This document shows positions 10,137-19,669 of a DNA stretch of 51,359 nucleotides, one piece after another. A program made the position numbers and the translations under genes. The stretch comes from a virus (Duplodnaviria > Caudoviricetes): IMG/VR virus record IMGVR_UViG_3300031519_004072, positions 1 to 51,359 of that record. One strand, 5' to 3'. The notes beneath the pieces were generated by a model. That model worked only from the letters and a program-made list of their open reading frames with translations. It was not told where the DNA came from and ran no database searches. Each line of letters opens with the position of its first letter. Within the stretch, counting starts at the first letter, position 1.

Positions 10137-10144
10137 TATAAATA
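10137..10144 (+). promoter_or_regulatory. T4 late promoter TATAAATA
   Basis: Exact consensus 13 nt before ATG 10158. Confidence 0.7.
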
Positions 10145-10157
10145 AATAAGGTATATT

Positions 10158-10796
10158 ATGTATAGTTGGTTTAACGAGTTGACTCGTATTCAAAAACCAA
10201 ATCGTGAGAAAAAGGATTATTATCATTATGATCTTTACGAAGTGGAAATATTAAATAGTTTATTTCGTAATCATAATGTTAAGAGCGTGTTGAGTTTAGG
10301 TGGAATGAGTAACTTAGATTTCTTCCTAGCACAATACGATAATGATGTCAAGACTGCAACGAACATTGATGAAGCAGAAACTTGGCGGCCTTCAAAAGGA
10401 GGTCATGGATTTAATCTTGAAGACAAACAACAAGAGTATATCCAAAGATTTAAATATAATGGGGAATACATCTTTACAAGACGAAGTTTATCTAGGTATG
10501 ATGTTGTTGACGATAAGTATGATGTTGTTTTTTGCAACATAGACACACTAAAAGGGGATATGAAGGTATTACCAAACATATTCATCAAGATGTGGTCTAG
10601 TGTTGGACTGGTGGAAGAGACCAGAGAAAAGATGACATTGGACTATGAAAGAAATTTTAGTAATGTGTTGGTCACAACAAACATGTCGATATTTTCGAAT
10701 ACTGATTTAAAGTACGAAAATGACTTTGTTACAACTACCACAAAACTAGAACGGAATAGACGCTTTGTTTATCAAGCGGAAGATTTACCTATGTAA
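10158..10796 (+). CDS. Hypothetical protein, possibly a divergent class I SAM-dependent methyltransferase fold
   Basis: 'VKSVLSLGG', 'TNID' and 'KYDVVFCN' loosely match Rossmann MTase strands. Confidence 0.4.
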   Translation: MYSWFNELTRIQKPNREKKDYYHYDLYEVEILNSLFRNHNVKSVLSLGGMSNLDFFLAQYDNDVKTATNIDEAETWRPSKGGHGFNLEDKQQEYIQRFKYNGEYIFTRRSLSRYDVVDDKYDVVFCNIDTLKGDMKVLPNIFIKMWSSVGLVEETREKMTLDYERNFSNVLVTTNMSIFSNTDLKYENDFVTTTTKLERNRRFVYQAEDLPM

Positions 10797-10807
10797 ATCC
10801 GATGTTT

Positions 10808-10829
10808 TATAAATAAAGTTATATAAATA
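10808..10829 (+). promoter_or_regulatory. Tandem T4 late promoters (TATAAATA x2) for gp22
   Basis: Exact consensus at 10808-10815 and 10822-10829. Confidence 0.8.
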
Positions 10830-10864
10830 ATTATTAATATAAACAACACAAAGGAGAAATCCCC

Positions 10865-12232
10865 ATGGCTAATGAATTAGACAAAACCATTGAGGAATTA
10901 GAAGCGGAAGTTTTGGCAGAATTAGAAGAAGCCAATGGTGCTGATGCTCCTAAGAAAGGCTCTATGAAAGCCGAACCTATGGATAAGAAGCCCGAAGGCG
11001 AAGTTCAAGATACTGGTAGTGCAGTGGTCTCACCAGACCAAGGCGATGCACCTGTCAAGAAAGTCGTTGCAAAGGCAAAAGAAATTACTGGTCAAGCCCC
11101 ACAAAAAGGTGAAGGCAAACCAGATGCACAACCGAAATTAAAAGAAGAAGAAGAAAAAGAAGATGAAAAATCTTTAGACGCTAAATCTGAAAAAAAAGAG
11201 GTTGAAGAAATGCATGACAAAGAAGAAGAAATGAAACCAGACACAGGTAAAATGAAAGAAACAATGTTAAAAGCAATGAAGTCTATGAAAAAAGACGCAT
11301 TGGAAAACATGTATGCTTCTTACATGAAAGCATCTATGAATAAAACCAAAGATGAAATGGTCAAAGAAATGACTGACGGTGTATCTTCTTTATCAGATGC
11401 AAAAATAGAAAACTTACATCAATCATTCGACTCTAAAGGAGTTGAAATTTCTGAACAAGAAAAAGATAAGAAAACAGAAGAAAGACTAAAATCAGTTGAC
11501 GTTAAAGAACATGTAGATGCTCTTTTATCAAATGACTCTAATCTTTCAGAAGATTTCAAAGTCAAAGCAGCTACAATTTTTGAAACTGCTGTAAAATCTA
11601 AAATCAGATCAGAGATCAAAAGACTTGAAGACGAGTATGCTTCAGAGTTAATTGAAGCTCAAACTGAAAACAGAAATTCACTATCTGAAAAAGTTGACAA
11701 CTATTTAAACTATGTTGTTGAAGAGTGGATGAAAGAAAACGAACTTGCCCTTGAAAGAGGACTTAAAGGTGAGATCGCAGAAGACTTTATATCTGGTCTA
11801 AAAACATTGTTTGAAGATCACTATATTGATGTGCCTAATGAAAAGTACGATGTACTTGAAGCACAGGCAGATAAAATCTCGACATTAGAAAAGAAATTAG
11901 AAGAAACAATTCAACAAGTTGTTGAAACGAAAAACTCTAATTCTGATCTAATTAAAGAAAAAGTTATATCAGATGTCACTTCTGATTTAACTGAAACTGA
12001 AATTGAGAAGTTTCAAACTTTAGCTCAAGATGTAGAATACTCTAACGAAGAAGGTTTCGCTGAAAAGTTAAACACAATCAAAGAGTCTTACTTCCCAAGC
12101 ATTAAGGTTGAATCAAAAAGTATTGATAATGGAGTAGAAACTGGCACCGCTGTACAGGACATTACAGAGGGTTCCCCAATGGCAAAATATATGACCGCTA
12201 TTGGAAAAACTGCTGTAAGTAACGGCAATTAA
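10865..12232 (+). CDS. gp22: Prohead core scaffold protein (T4 gp22)
   Basis: Acidic coiled coil, 'LSEDFKVKAATIFETAV', 'VDNYLNYVVEEWMKENELA', 'IKESYF'; precedes gp23. Confidence 0.93.
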   Translation: MANELDKTIEELEAEVLAELEEANGADAPKKGSMKAEPMDKKPEGEVQDTGSAVVSPDQGDAPVKKVVAKAKEITGQAPQKGEGKPDAQPKLKEEEEKEDEKSLDAKSEKKEVEEMHDKEEEMKPDTGKMKETMLKAMKSMKKDALENMYASYMKASMNKTKDEMVKEMTDGVSSLSDAKIENLHQSFDSKGVEISEQEKDKKTEERLKSVDVKEHVDALLSNDSNLSEDFKVKAATIFETAVKSKIRSEIKRLEDEYASELIEAQTENRNSLSEKVDNYLNYVVEEWMKENELALERGLKGEIAEDFISGLKTLFEDHYIDVPNEKYDVLEAQADKISTLEKKLEETIQQVVETKNSNSDLIKEKVISDVTSDLTETEIEKFQTLAQDVEYSNEEGFAEKLNTIKESYFPSIKVESKSIDNGVETGTAVQDITEGSPMAKYMTAIGKTAVSNGN

Positions 12233-12238
12233 TAAATA
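12231..12238 (+). promoter_or_regulatory. Late promoter variant AATAAATA for gp23
   Basis: Near-consensus box before AAGGAG and ATG 12262. Confidence 0.6.
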
Positions 12239-12261
12239 TAGATAAAAAAGGAGAAACCAAA

Positions 12262-13581
12262 ATGTTTCAAACACAACATCTACAAGAAAAGTGGCAGCCA
12301 GTCCTAGAGCATCCCGAATTACCAAAAATCGATGATGCATACAGACGAGCTGTGACTACTTTGATCTTGGAAAACCAAGAGAAGTCTTTGAGAGAAGACA
12401 GAAGCTTCTTAGGCGAAGCTGCACCAACAAACGCAACTGGCGCTAACGTTGACAATTGGGACCCGATCCTAATTTCATTAGTTAGAAGAAGTATGCCTAA
12501 CCTTATCGCATATGACGTATGCGGTGTTCAACCAATGACTGGCCCAACAGGTCTGATTTTTGCTATGAGAGCAAGAGCAGCTTCTGGCGATGGTGCTGAA
12601 GCATTAGTTGACGAACAAATTCCATTCTTGTCAAACCAAGACGCAGCTGGAGACACTGGCGGTGGCGATCAATCTGGTACTAACCCTGCTGCATTGAACG
12701 ACTCACCTTCTGCTGGTACTTACTCTACTGCAACTGGTATGACTACAACTCAAGCTGAAACTTTGGGTGATGGTACTGACGAATTTGCAGAAATGGCTTT
12801 CTCTATTGAAAAACATACTGTAACTGCTGTATCAAGAGCTCTTAAAGCTGAGTACACAATGGAACTTGCTCAAGACCTTAAAGCAGTTCACGGCTTAGAT
12901 GCTGAAACTGAATTAGCAAATATCCTTTCTGCTGAAATCTTAACAGAGATCAACAGAGAAGTAGTTAGAAACATTTACCACTCTGCTGTTAAAGGCGCTG
13001 CGGTAAATACTACAACTGCTGGTATTTTCGATTTGGATACAGACTCTAACGGTAGATGGTCAGTTGAGAAATTCAAAGGACTATTATTTGCAATCGAAAG
13101 AGACGCAAATGCTATCGGACAACAAACGAGAAGAGGAAAAGGGAATATCATCATTACAAGTGCTGATGTTGCTTCTGCTCTACAAATGGCTGGTGTATTA
13201 GATTACACGCCTGCTCTATCAACTAACCTAAACGTTGATGACACAAGCACAACTTTTGCTGGTGTACTTAACGGTAGATACAAAGTATATGTTGACCCGT
13301 ATTCAGCTAACGTTGCTGCTAGTCAGTACTACGTTGTTGGTTACAAAGGAACATCACCTTACGATGCTGGTATGTTCTATTGTCCATATGTACCTCTACA
13401 AATGGTAAGAGCCGTTGGTGAGAATTCGTTCCAACCAAAAATCGGTTTCAAAACTAGATATGGAATCGCAGCGAACCCGTTCCACACAGGAACAGTTGCA
13501 GCTGGCTCAAATGGAGCTACTACAATTACTGCGAACTCTAACAAATATTACAGAAGAGTTAAAGTTACAAACTTAATGTAA
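12262..13581 (+). CDS. gp23: Major capsid protein (T4 gp23)
   Basis: 'LISLVRRSMPNLIAYDVCGVQPMTGPTGLIFAMR', 'RALKAEYTMELAQDLKAVHGLDAE', 'FQPKIGFKTRYG'. Confidence 0.98.
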   Translation: MFQTQHLQEKWQPVLEHPELPKIDDAYRRAVTTLILENQEKSLREDRSFLGEAAPTNATGANVDNWDPILISLVRRSMPNLIAYDVCGVQPMTGPTGLIFAMRARAASGDGAEALVDEQIPFLSNQDAAGDTGGGDQSGTNPAALNDSPSAGTYSTATGMTTTQAETLGDGTDEFAEMAFSIEKHTVTAVSRALKAEYTMELAQDLKAVHGLDAETELANILSAEILTEINREVVRNIYHSAVKGAAVNTTTAGIFDLDTDSNGRWSVEKFKGLLFAIERDANAIGQQTRRGKGNIIITSADVASALQMAGVLDYTPALSTNLNVDDTSTTFAGVLNGRYKVYVDPYSANVAASQYYVVGYKGTSPYDAGMFYCPYVPLQMVRAVGENSFQPKIGFKTRYGIAANPFHTGTVAAGSNGATTITANSNKYYRRVKVTNLM

Positions 13582-13607
13582 TCCTAGTTTGGATCAAAAA
13601 ATTAAAG

Positions 13608-13635
13608 AAGGCGCTCTTCGGGGCGCCTTTTTTTT
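13608..13635 (+). terminator. Rho-independent terminator after gp23
   Basis: AAGGCGCTC-TTCG-GGGCGCCTT stem with cUUCGg loop, followed by a T run. Confidence 0.92.
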
Positions 13636-13648
13636 ATTCAAAATTACT

Positions 13649-13873
13649 ATGAAAAAGAAAGCAGGAATATTCATTTTATCATTATACTGGTGCTTCATAA
13701 TTGTAGCATCTTTATCGCTAATATCATGTTCAAAACATACACATACAGATATATGGTATGGTATCAAAGCAAAAATAGAATACTACAAAACACTTCCACC
13801 TGCAATTAAAGAGAAAATGAGAAAAGCTGACGAAGAAAGTTGGCAAGAAGTCGATACGAATACTACTAAATAG
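13649..13873 (+). CDS. Small predicted lipoprotein
   Basis: Start at ATG 13649 gives MKKK, a hydrophobic stretch and lipobox-like 'LISC'. Confidence 0.55.
   Translation: MKKKAGIFILSLYWCFIIVASLSLISCSKHTHTDIWYGIKAKIEYYKTLPPAIKEKMRKADEESWQEVDTNTTK
13865..13872 (+). promoter_or_regulatory. Late promoter ACTAAATA inside a palindrome upstream of gp3
   Basis: ATACTACT-AAAT-AGTAGTAT; ATG at 13878. Confidence 0.6.
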
Positions 13874-13877
13874 TAGT

Positions 13878-14456
13878 ATGGCTATCAGAGGACAACCCGA
13901 TAATATAGATTACGCATCACCGACACAGTTTCAACTGACAATTAATCAGTTGCCTGAGGTTCAGTTTTTCGTAAATAGTTTAACTTTGCCTGGTGTTAAC
14001 ATGGGCGAGACAGTTATACCTACACCTTTAAAACAGATTCCTACAATGGGTGATGAAATAACTTTTGAAAATCTTACACTAAGTTTCCTAGTTAACGAAA
14101 CTTTTGATAACTATATGGAAATACATAATTGGCTTATGGCAATTGGTTTCCCACAATCAAATTCACAATTCTCAGACTTCAGAGCAAATCAATCAGTTAC
14201 ACCATCAACAACACTTGGTAAGACAACAGACATTGGACAAACATCAAAAGCTACAGCAGTAAGAAGTATGTTTTCAGATGCAACAATAACATTACTAACA
14301 AACAAGAACAATCCTATTGCAGAAGTTAAGTTTGAAGACTTATATCCTGTATCACTATCCTCATTAGAGTTTTCTCAAGAACAATCAAGTGTGGACTATC
14401 TAAAGGCAACTGCTGACTTTCAATATAAATATTATACTATCAACAAATTTGTTTAA
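13878..14456 (+). CDS. gp3: Tail completion / tube terminator protein (T4 gp3-like)
   Basis: 'ASPTQFQL...LPEVQFF...TLPG', 'FLVNE...NY.EIHNW', 'F.DLYPVSLSSLEF'; located between gp23 and uvsY as in marine T4-like phages. Confidence 0.85.
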   Translation: MAIRGQPDNIDYASPTQFQLTINQLPEVQFFVNSLTLPGVNMGETVIPTPLKQIPTMGDEITFENLTLSFLVNETFDNYMEIHNWLMAIGFPQSNSQFSDFRANQSVTPSTTLGKTTDIGQTSKATAVRSMFSDATITLLTNKNNPIAEVKFEDLYPVSLSSLEFSQEQSSVDYLKATADFQYKYYTINKFV

Positions 14457-14466
14457 GGAGTAAAAC

Positions 14467-14562
14467 ATGTTTAAAAGAATAATCAATTGGTTTAAATCAA
14501 TTAAACCTGCAAAGAAAAAAGTAGCAAAGAAGAAAAAAAGAGTTAATAAAAAGAAAAAATAA
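14467..14562 (+). CDS. 31-aa highly basic peptide MFKRIINWFKSIKPAKKKVAKKKKRVNKKKK
   Basis: Strong AAGGAG RBS 6 nt before the ATG; fills the gap between gp3 and the uvsY promoter; not in the ORF track. Confidence 0.6.
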   Translation: MFKRIINWFKSIKPAKKKVAKKKKRVNKKKK

Positions 14563-14565
14563 CCC

Positions 14566-14594
14566 TTGACATTCCTTGCTTTTTAATGTATAGT
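14566..14594 (+). promoter_or_regulatory. Sigma70-type promoter TTGACA-N17-TATAGT for uvsY
   Basis: TTGACA 14566-14571, TATAGT 14589-14594; ATG at 14605 without SD. Confidence 0.8.
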
Positions 14595-14604
14595 AATCTT
14601 TATT

Positions 14605-15036
14605 ATGACACTAGAAGAATTAAAACAAATTGTATATAAAGAACTTCCTGTAAATCGTGATCACTTAGATACTGAAGCTTTACGGAACCAAGAACTATAC
14701 GCAAAATTTTTAGATTACAAATCCAATTTCGCTTTCTTACTTGCGAAGGCGAAAGGGGAGTACAAAGTACTTTACAGACAAAAATGGGAATACTATGGTG
14801 GTAAGGCAGACGCCAAAATATATGCCACTAAACCATTTGATTTAAAAGTACTTAAGACCGACCTTTCTGTTTACATCGAATCAGATGAAGACATAATTAA
14901 ATCAGAAAATAAAATAGTTTATCTTGACGAAACTTGTAAGTATATTGAAGGTGCTTTAAAGTCTATATCGGCAAGAGGCTGGGATATAAAAAATTGTTTA
15001 GAAGCACAAAAATTTGAGGCAGGATTATTAGGATGA
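14605..15036 (+). CDS. uvsY: Recombination mediator UvsY
   Basis: 'KWEYYGGKA', 'KPFDLKVLKTD...YIESDEDI', 'RGWDIKN'; upstream of uvsW. Confidence 0.9.
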   Translation: MTLEELKQIVYKELPVNRDHLDTEALRNQELYAKFLDYKSNFAFLLAKAKGEYKVLYRQKWEYYGGKADAKIYATKPFDLKVLKTDLSVYIESDEDIIKSENKIVYLDETCKYIEGALKSISARGWDIKNCLEAQKFEAGLLG

Positions 15037-15548
15037 TAATAGAAGACGCTTGGTTTCAACCTATTAAACAAATGCGAAATGAAGAATACTCATTCCTTGA
15101 TAACTTTATCAGCGAAAAAACTTATGGCGATATCTTAGAGATAGGTCAAGGTGGTTCTACTGTAATTTTATTAGATGCAACTGCTCACACATTTAGAAAA
15201 GTTGTATCAATAGATTTAAAATTTAAACTAAAAGATACAATGCAGTATTTACCTATTACATACAAAAACAGATTACAAACAATACAAGAAGATTCAAAAA
15301 CATTTAACACTAAAGAAAAATTTGGTTGTCTTTTAATTGACGGAGATCATTTCGGAAACTCGGTAAGAAAAGACACAATGAATTTTTGGGATAATTTAGA
15401 TGACGATGGTTATTGTATTTTTCATGATTACAATATAAGTGAAGATGTAACAAAGTTTGTAGATGATTGGGTTAATAAATTCAAACAGGCAGAGTATGTA
15501 ACAATCCAAAACAACTTAGTGGTATTACAAAAATGTCAGCTTGGATAA
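15033..15548 (+). CDS. Class I SAM-dependent methyltransferase (Methyltransf_24-like)
   Basis: 'ILEIGQGGST', 'VVSID', 'LLIDGDH', 'IFHDY'. Confidence 0.8.
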   Translation: MIIEDAWFQPIKQMRNEEYSFLDNFISEKTYGDILEIGQGGSTVILLDATAHTFRKVVSIDLKFKLKDTMQYLPITYKNRLQTIQEDSKTFNTKEKFGCLLIDGDHFGNSVRKDTMNFWDNLDDDGYCIFHDYNISEDVTKFVDDWVNKFKQAEYVTIQNNLVVLQKCQLG

Positions 15549-16975
15549 AAAAAGTAAACGATGTACATCTATATGTTCATTGTGAACCATCAGTAGCAAG
15601 AGAGCTTTCATCATATTTTACTTTTGAAGTGCCTGGTGCAAAGTTTATGCCCACAGTTAGAAACAGAATGTGGGATGGTAAGATTAGATTGTTCTCAATA
15701 CGAAACAATCAAATCTATGTAGGTCTACTTCCATATCTAGAAGAGTTTTTTGAAAAGAATGGTGTAAAGTATGTTAAAGATGATAATCTTAAACATGAAG
15801 CTAACGTTACAGAAAAAAATGTGTTAGGATTTATTAAGTCACTTAATATTCCGTTTGAACATAGAGACTATCAATTAGATTGTATCATGAGTGCATTAGC
15901 AAAACAACGAGGATTATTTGTATCACCAACTGCAAGTGGTAAGTCATATATCATATATGTTTTAGTTAGATTCTATTTCATAATGAAAAAGAAGATATTA
16001 ATTATTGTTCCAACAACATCACTAGTAGAACAAATGGCTTCGGACTTTGTATCATATGGTTGGAGTCAAAAACAAATACATAAAATTTATTCAGGTCATG
16101 ATAAAGAAACACACAAACCCGTAGTGATTTCTACATGGCAATCATTATATAAGATGTCTAAGAAGTTTTTTAAACCTTATGGAGTTATCTTTGGTGATGA
16201 GGCACATTTATTTAAAGCAAAATCTCTTACAATGATTATGGAAAAATTGGAAGAGTGTCCATATCGTTTTGGTTTTACAGGAACACTTGATGGTACTCAA
16301 ACAAACAGATTAGTACTAGAGGGATTGTTTGGTAAAGCAGAAACAGTAACTACAACTAAAAAACTTATGGATGAAAACACAATTGCCAAACTGTCAATTA
16401 ATTGTTTAGTATTAAAGCACGATGAGAAGATAAGTAAGCAATGTAAGGATTTCAATTACAACGAAGAAATTGAATACTTGGTATCAAACAAAAAACGAAA
16501 TAAGTTTATATACGATCTTCATAAAAATCTTAAAGGTAATACATTATGTCTTTATCAAAGAGTTGAGAAACATGGCATACCGTTATTAGACTTATTTAAA
16601 AAACTAGACAAAGAAACATACTTTGTACATGGGGGAGTAGGAACGGATGAACGAGAACAAATTAGGGCGTTGGCTGAAAAGAAAGATAATATCATTATAC
16701 TCGCAAGTTACGGAGTGTTTTCCACTGGTATTAATATTCGCAATCTACACAACGTTGTTTTTGCAAGCCCCTATAAGTCTCGGATAAAAGTACTACAATC
16801 AATTGGTCGAGGTTTAAGAAAAACAGAATCAAAGAATAAAGTCAAACTATTCGACATAGCAGACGACATATCACACAACAATAAAAAGAATTTCACACTC
16901 TTGCATTTTCAAGAACGAATAAATATCTATAACGAAGAACAATTCGATTACACGATAGATAGGGTCAATGTATGA
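15533..16975 (+). CDS. uvsW: SF2 helicase UvsW
   Basis: 'RDYQ', 'SPTASGKS', 'GDEAH', 'FGFTGT', 'QSIGRGLR'. Confidence 0.95.
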   Translation: MSAWIKKVNDVHLYVHCEPSVARELSSYFTFEVPGAKFMPTVRNRMWDGKIRLFSIRNNQIYVGLLPYLEEFFEKNGVKYVKDDNLKHEANVTEKNVLGFIKSLNIPFEHRDYQLDCIMSALAKQRGLFVSPTASGKSYIIYVLVRFYFIMKKKILIIVPTTSLVEQMASDFVSYGWSQKQIHKIYSGHDKETHKPVVISTWQSLYKMSKKFFKPYGVIFGDEAHLFKAKSLTMIMEKLEECPYRFGFTGTLDGTQTNRLVLEGLFGKAETVTTTKKLMDENTIAKLSINCLVLKHDEKISKQCKDFNYNEEIEYLVSNKKRNKFIYDLHKNLKGNTLCLYQRVEKHGIPLLDLFKKLDKETYFVHGGVGTDEREQIRALAEKKDNIIILASYGVFSTGINIRNLHNVVFASPYKSRIKVLQSIGRGLRKTESKNKVKLFDIADDISHNNKKNFTLLHFQERINIYNEEQFDYTIDRVNV

Positions 16976-17039
16976 TTAATCTATTAACGGCCATTAGCGT
17001 GTCTTATAACACGTTTAAACATGGCATTAAGGAAGGTAT

Positions 17040-17471
17040 ATGTATTTAATTAAACTATTCAATGGTGAGGATATTGTATGTAATATTAAACCTACAACAT
17101 CTAAAGAACACACTACAATACAAAATCCAATGAAGATGAACACACATCCAGCGATAACGGATACTGGTATCATGGAGACTCTATCATTATCATCTTGGTT
17201 GCATCCTTATACAGAAGAGAGTAATATTAAGATTAAAAAATCTGCCATCGTTACAGTCGCACCTGCATCACCAGGTCTAGTAACTTTTTACAATAGACAA
17301 CTAAAAAGATTTTTGAAAGAAAGACCAGAATTAGCTCGTAGAGAATGGGAAGTTAGAGAACGAGAACATAGACCAAATATCAATGCACCTCGTAGCGAAC
17401 ATTACGATGAACTTTTAGATCAGTTAATGGAATTGGGTGATTATCCACCTAATAAGAAAAAATTACATTAA
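17040..17471 (+). CDS. Conserved-type hypothetical protein between uvsW and gp55 (Sm-like N-terminus)
   Basis: 'LIKLFNGEDIVC', 'I.NPM', 'W.HPYT'; ends 'KKKLH'; position typical of marine T4-like phages. Confidence 0.6.
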   Translation: MYLIKLFNGEDIVCNIKPTTSKEHTTIQNPMKMNTHPAITDTGIMETLSLSSWLHPYTEESNIKIKKSAIVTVAPASPGLVTFYNRQLKRFLKERPELARREWEVREREHRPNINAPRSEHYDELLDQLMELGDYPPNKKKLH

Positions 17472-17483
17472 CCAAATAATACC

Positions 17484-17513
17484 TTGACAACATATAGTAT
17501 TATATGTTATCTT
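17484..17513 (+). promoter_or_regulatory. Sigma70-type promoter TTGACA-N18 with extended -10 TGtTATCTT for gp55
   Basis: TTGACA 17484-17489; TG 17505-17506; TATCTT 17508-17513. Confidence 0.65.
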
Positions 17514-17539
17514 TAACACTATAACATGAGAAAGAATCT

Positions 17540-18094
17540 ATGGCAGCAAGAGTAAAAAAATCCCCAGCACATTATGTAGATAATAAAAAACTATTTGAAG
17601 AAATGAAAATCTTTAAATCTCTATGTAAAGATGCAGACGAGTCAGGTGATCAAAGACCACCTGTACCTCATTACATTGGAGAATGTTTTTTAAAGATAGC
17701 AAACGGACTATCATTCAGACCTAACTTTGTAAATTATACTTACAAAGAAGAAATGGTATCAGATGGTATTGAAAATTGTTTGCAGTATCTTTACAACTTT
17801 GATCCAGCTAAATCTAAAAATCCGTTTGCATATTTCACACAAATTATCTACTATGCGTTTATTAGAAGAATACAAAAAGAAAAAAAGCAAACACATATCA
17901 AACACAAAATCATAGAAAAGTCAGCATACATAACTCATACACAATTACCTAGTGATACAACTGCATATAGTATTCAAGGATTCGATCCAACAATTATGTT
18001 GCCAACAGATGGCCCTGTATATAAAACAAAAGAAAAAGTTAAAGACACTTCTAATCAAGGTCTTGAAAATTTTATGGAAGAGGATAAAGAGTGA
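17540..18094 (+). CDS. gp55: Late-transcription sigma factor (T4 gp55)
   Basis: 'HYVDNK', 'YIGECFLKIA..LS.RPNF.NYTY.EEM.SDGIENC', 'NPFAYFTQIIYYAFIRRIQKEKKQ'. Confidence 0.96.
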   Translation: MAARVKKSPAHYVDNKKLFEEMKIFKSLCKDADESGDQRPPVPHYIGECFLKIANGLSFRPNFVNYTYKEEMVSDGIENCLQYLYNFDPAKSKNPFAYFTQIIYYAFIRRIQKEKKQTHIKHKIIEKSAYITHTQLPSDTTAYSIQGFDPTIMLPTDGPVYKTKEKVKDTSNQGLENFMEEDKE

Positions 18095-19152
18095 AAGTTG
18101 CTATAATTACTGATACACATTTTGGTGCTAGAAACGACAACGAGAACTTTTCAGAATTTTTTTATAATTTTTATGAAGGTGTATTCTTTCCATATTTACA
18201 GCAACATAATATTAAAACAGTTTTACACTTAGGTGATCTTATGGATCGTAGAAAATACGTTTCATTTAAAACTGCAAAAGATTTTAGAGAAAGATTTGTA
18301 TTACCACTAAAACATTTAGAGGTTGACTTTCATTGTATAGTTGGTAATCACGATATCTATTATAAGAATACAAATGATGTTAACTCACTAGAAGAACTTC
18401 TAGGACAACAACATAAAAACTTTCATTTATATGCAGAGGCACAAGATGTCAATATTGGTGGACTAGATATTTTAATGATGCCGTGGATCAATCCACAAAA
18501 TTACATTTACTCTATGGGTATGATAGATGAAAGTAAAGCAAAAGTTTGTATGGGTCATTTAGAAGTCAAAGGTTTCCAAATGCATAAAGGACAAATAAAT
18601 GAACAAGGATATGAGAAAGAATTATTTAAAAAATTTCATACAGTATTCACAGGACATTTTCATCACAAGTCAGATGACGGACACATATATTACTTAGGTA
18701 ATCCTTATGAGATTTATTGGAATGATTACAAAGACCAAAAAGGTTTTCATATATTTGATACTGAAACAATGGACTTAGAAAGAATAGTAAATCCATTAAC
18801 AATATTTGAAAAGATTTATTACGATGATACTCAAGAGGATTATACAAATCATGATGTATCAAAGTATGCAAGAAAATATGTTAAACTAATTGTAGTAAAT
18901 AAAAAAGACTTATATAAGTTTGATATGTTTACTGAAAAATTATTAAAAGCAAATGCACACGAAGTAAAAATTATAGAGGATTTTTCAGACACAAATGCTG
19001 ATAACGTATCAGATGATATTGTAAAATACGCAGAAGACACAACAGCATTGTTAGACAAATACGTTGACGAACTAGAACTTGATTTAGATAAAGATAGACT
19101 TAAAAGTACTATGCGAGGATTATACAATGAAGCTCAAGACTTGGAACTCTAA
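18091..19152 (+). CDS. gp47: Recombination endonuclease subunit (T4 gp47, Mre11/SbcD-like)
   Basis: 'ITDTHFGAR', 'HLGDLMDRR', 'VGNHD', 'GHFH'; GTG start. Confidence 0.95.
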   Translation: MKVAIITDTHFGARNDNENFSEFFYNFYEGVFFPYLQQHNIKTVLHLGDLMDRRKYVSFKTAKDFRERFVLPLKHLEVDFHCIVGNHDIYYKNTNDVNSLEELLGQQHKNFHLYAEAQDVNIGGLDILMMPWINPQNYIYSMGMIDESKAKVCMGHLEVKGFQMHKGQINEQGYEKELFKKFHTVFTGHFHHKSDDGHIYYLGNPYEIYWNDYKDQKGFHIFDTETMDLERIVNPLTIFEKIYYDDTQEDYTNHDVSKYARKYVKLIVVNKKDLYKFDMFTEKLLKANAHEVKIIEDFSDTNADNVSDDIVKYAEDTTALLDKYVDELELDLDKDRLKSTMRGLYNEAQDLEL

Positions 19153-19669
19153 AACCTATAAGGTAATATATGCAGACCCACCCTGGCACTTTAAAAGCTA
19201 CTCTTCAAAAGGTGATGGGCGTAATGCAACACAGCATTATGATTGCATGTCTATATCTGATATTTGTAAGTTACCTGTTAGCGATCTTGCTGATGACAAC
19301 TGTGTCTTACTTATGTGGTGCGTTGACCCAATGCTACCAGAAGCTTTGGAAGTTATTAAAGCGTGGGGTTTCAAATACAAAACAGTAGGTTTTACATGGG
19401 CGAAGCAAAATAAAAATGATATGGGTATGTTTACAGGTTTAGGTTATTGGACAAGATCAAACCCCGAAATGTGTTTACTTGCAACAAAAGGTAAACCTAG
19501 CAGACTATCAAAATCAGTAAGACAATTAATACATGCACCAAGACAAGAACATAGTAGAAAGCCAGACGAGATTTATACTAGGATAGAACAATTACTACCT
19601 GGTCCTTATGTTGAATTGTTTGCAAGAAGAGAACGAGAAGGTTGGGATAGTTGGGGTAATGAATTATGA
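19127..19669 (+). CDS. MT-A70 family amino-methyltransferase (m6A/m4C type)
   Basis: 'IYADPPW', 'WGFKYKTVGFTWAK', 'GYWTRSNPE.CLLAT', 'EHSRKP', 'ELFAR...GWDSWGNE'. Confidence 0.9.
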   Translation: MKLKTWNSKTYKVIYADPPWHFKSYSSKGDGRNATQHYDCMSISDICKLPVSDLADDNCVLLMWCVDPMLPEALEVIKAWGFKYKTVGFTWAKQNKNDMGMFTGLGYWTRSNPEMCLLATKGKPSRLSKSVRQLIHAPRQEHSRKPDEIYTRIEQLLPGPYVELFARREREGWDSWGNEL

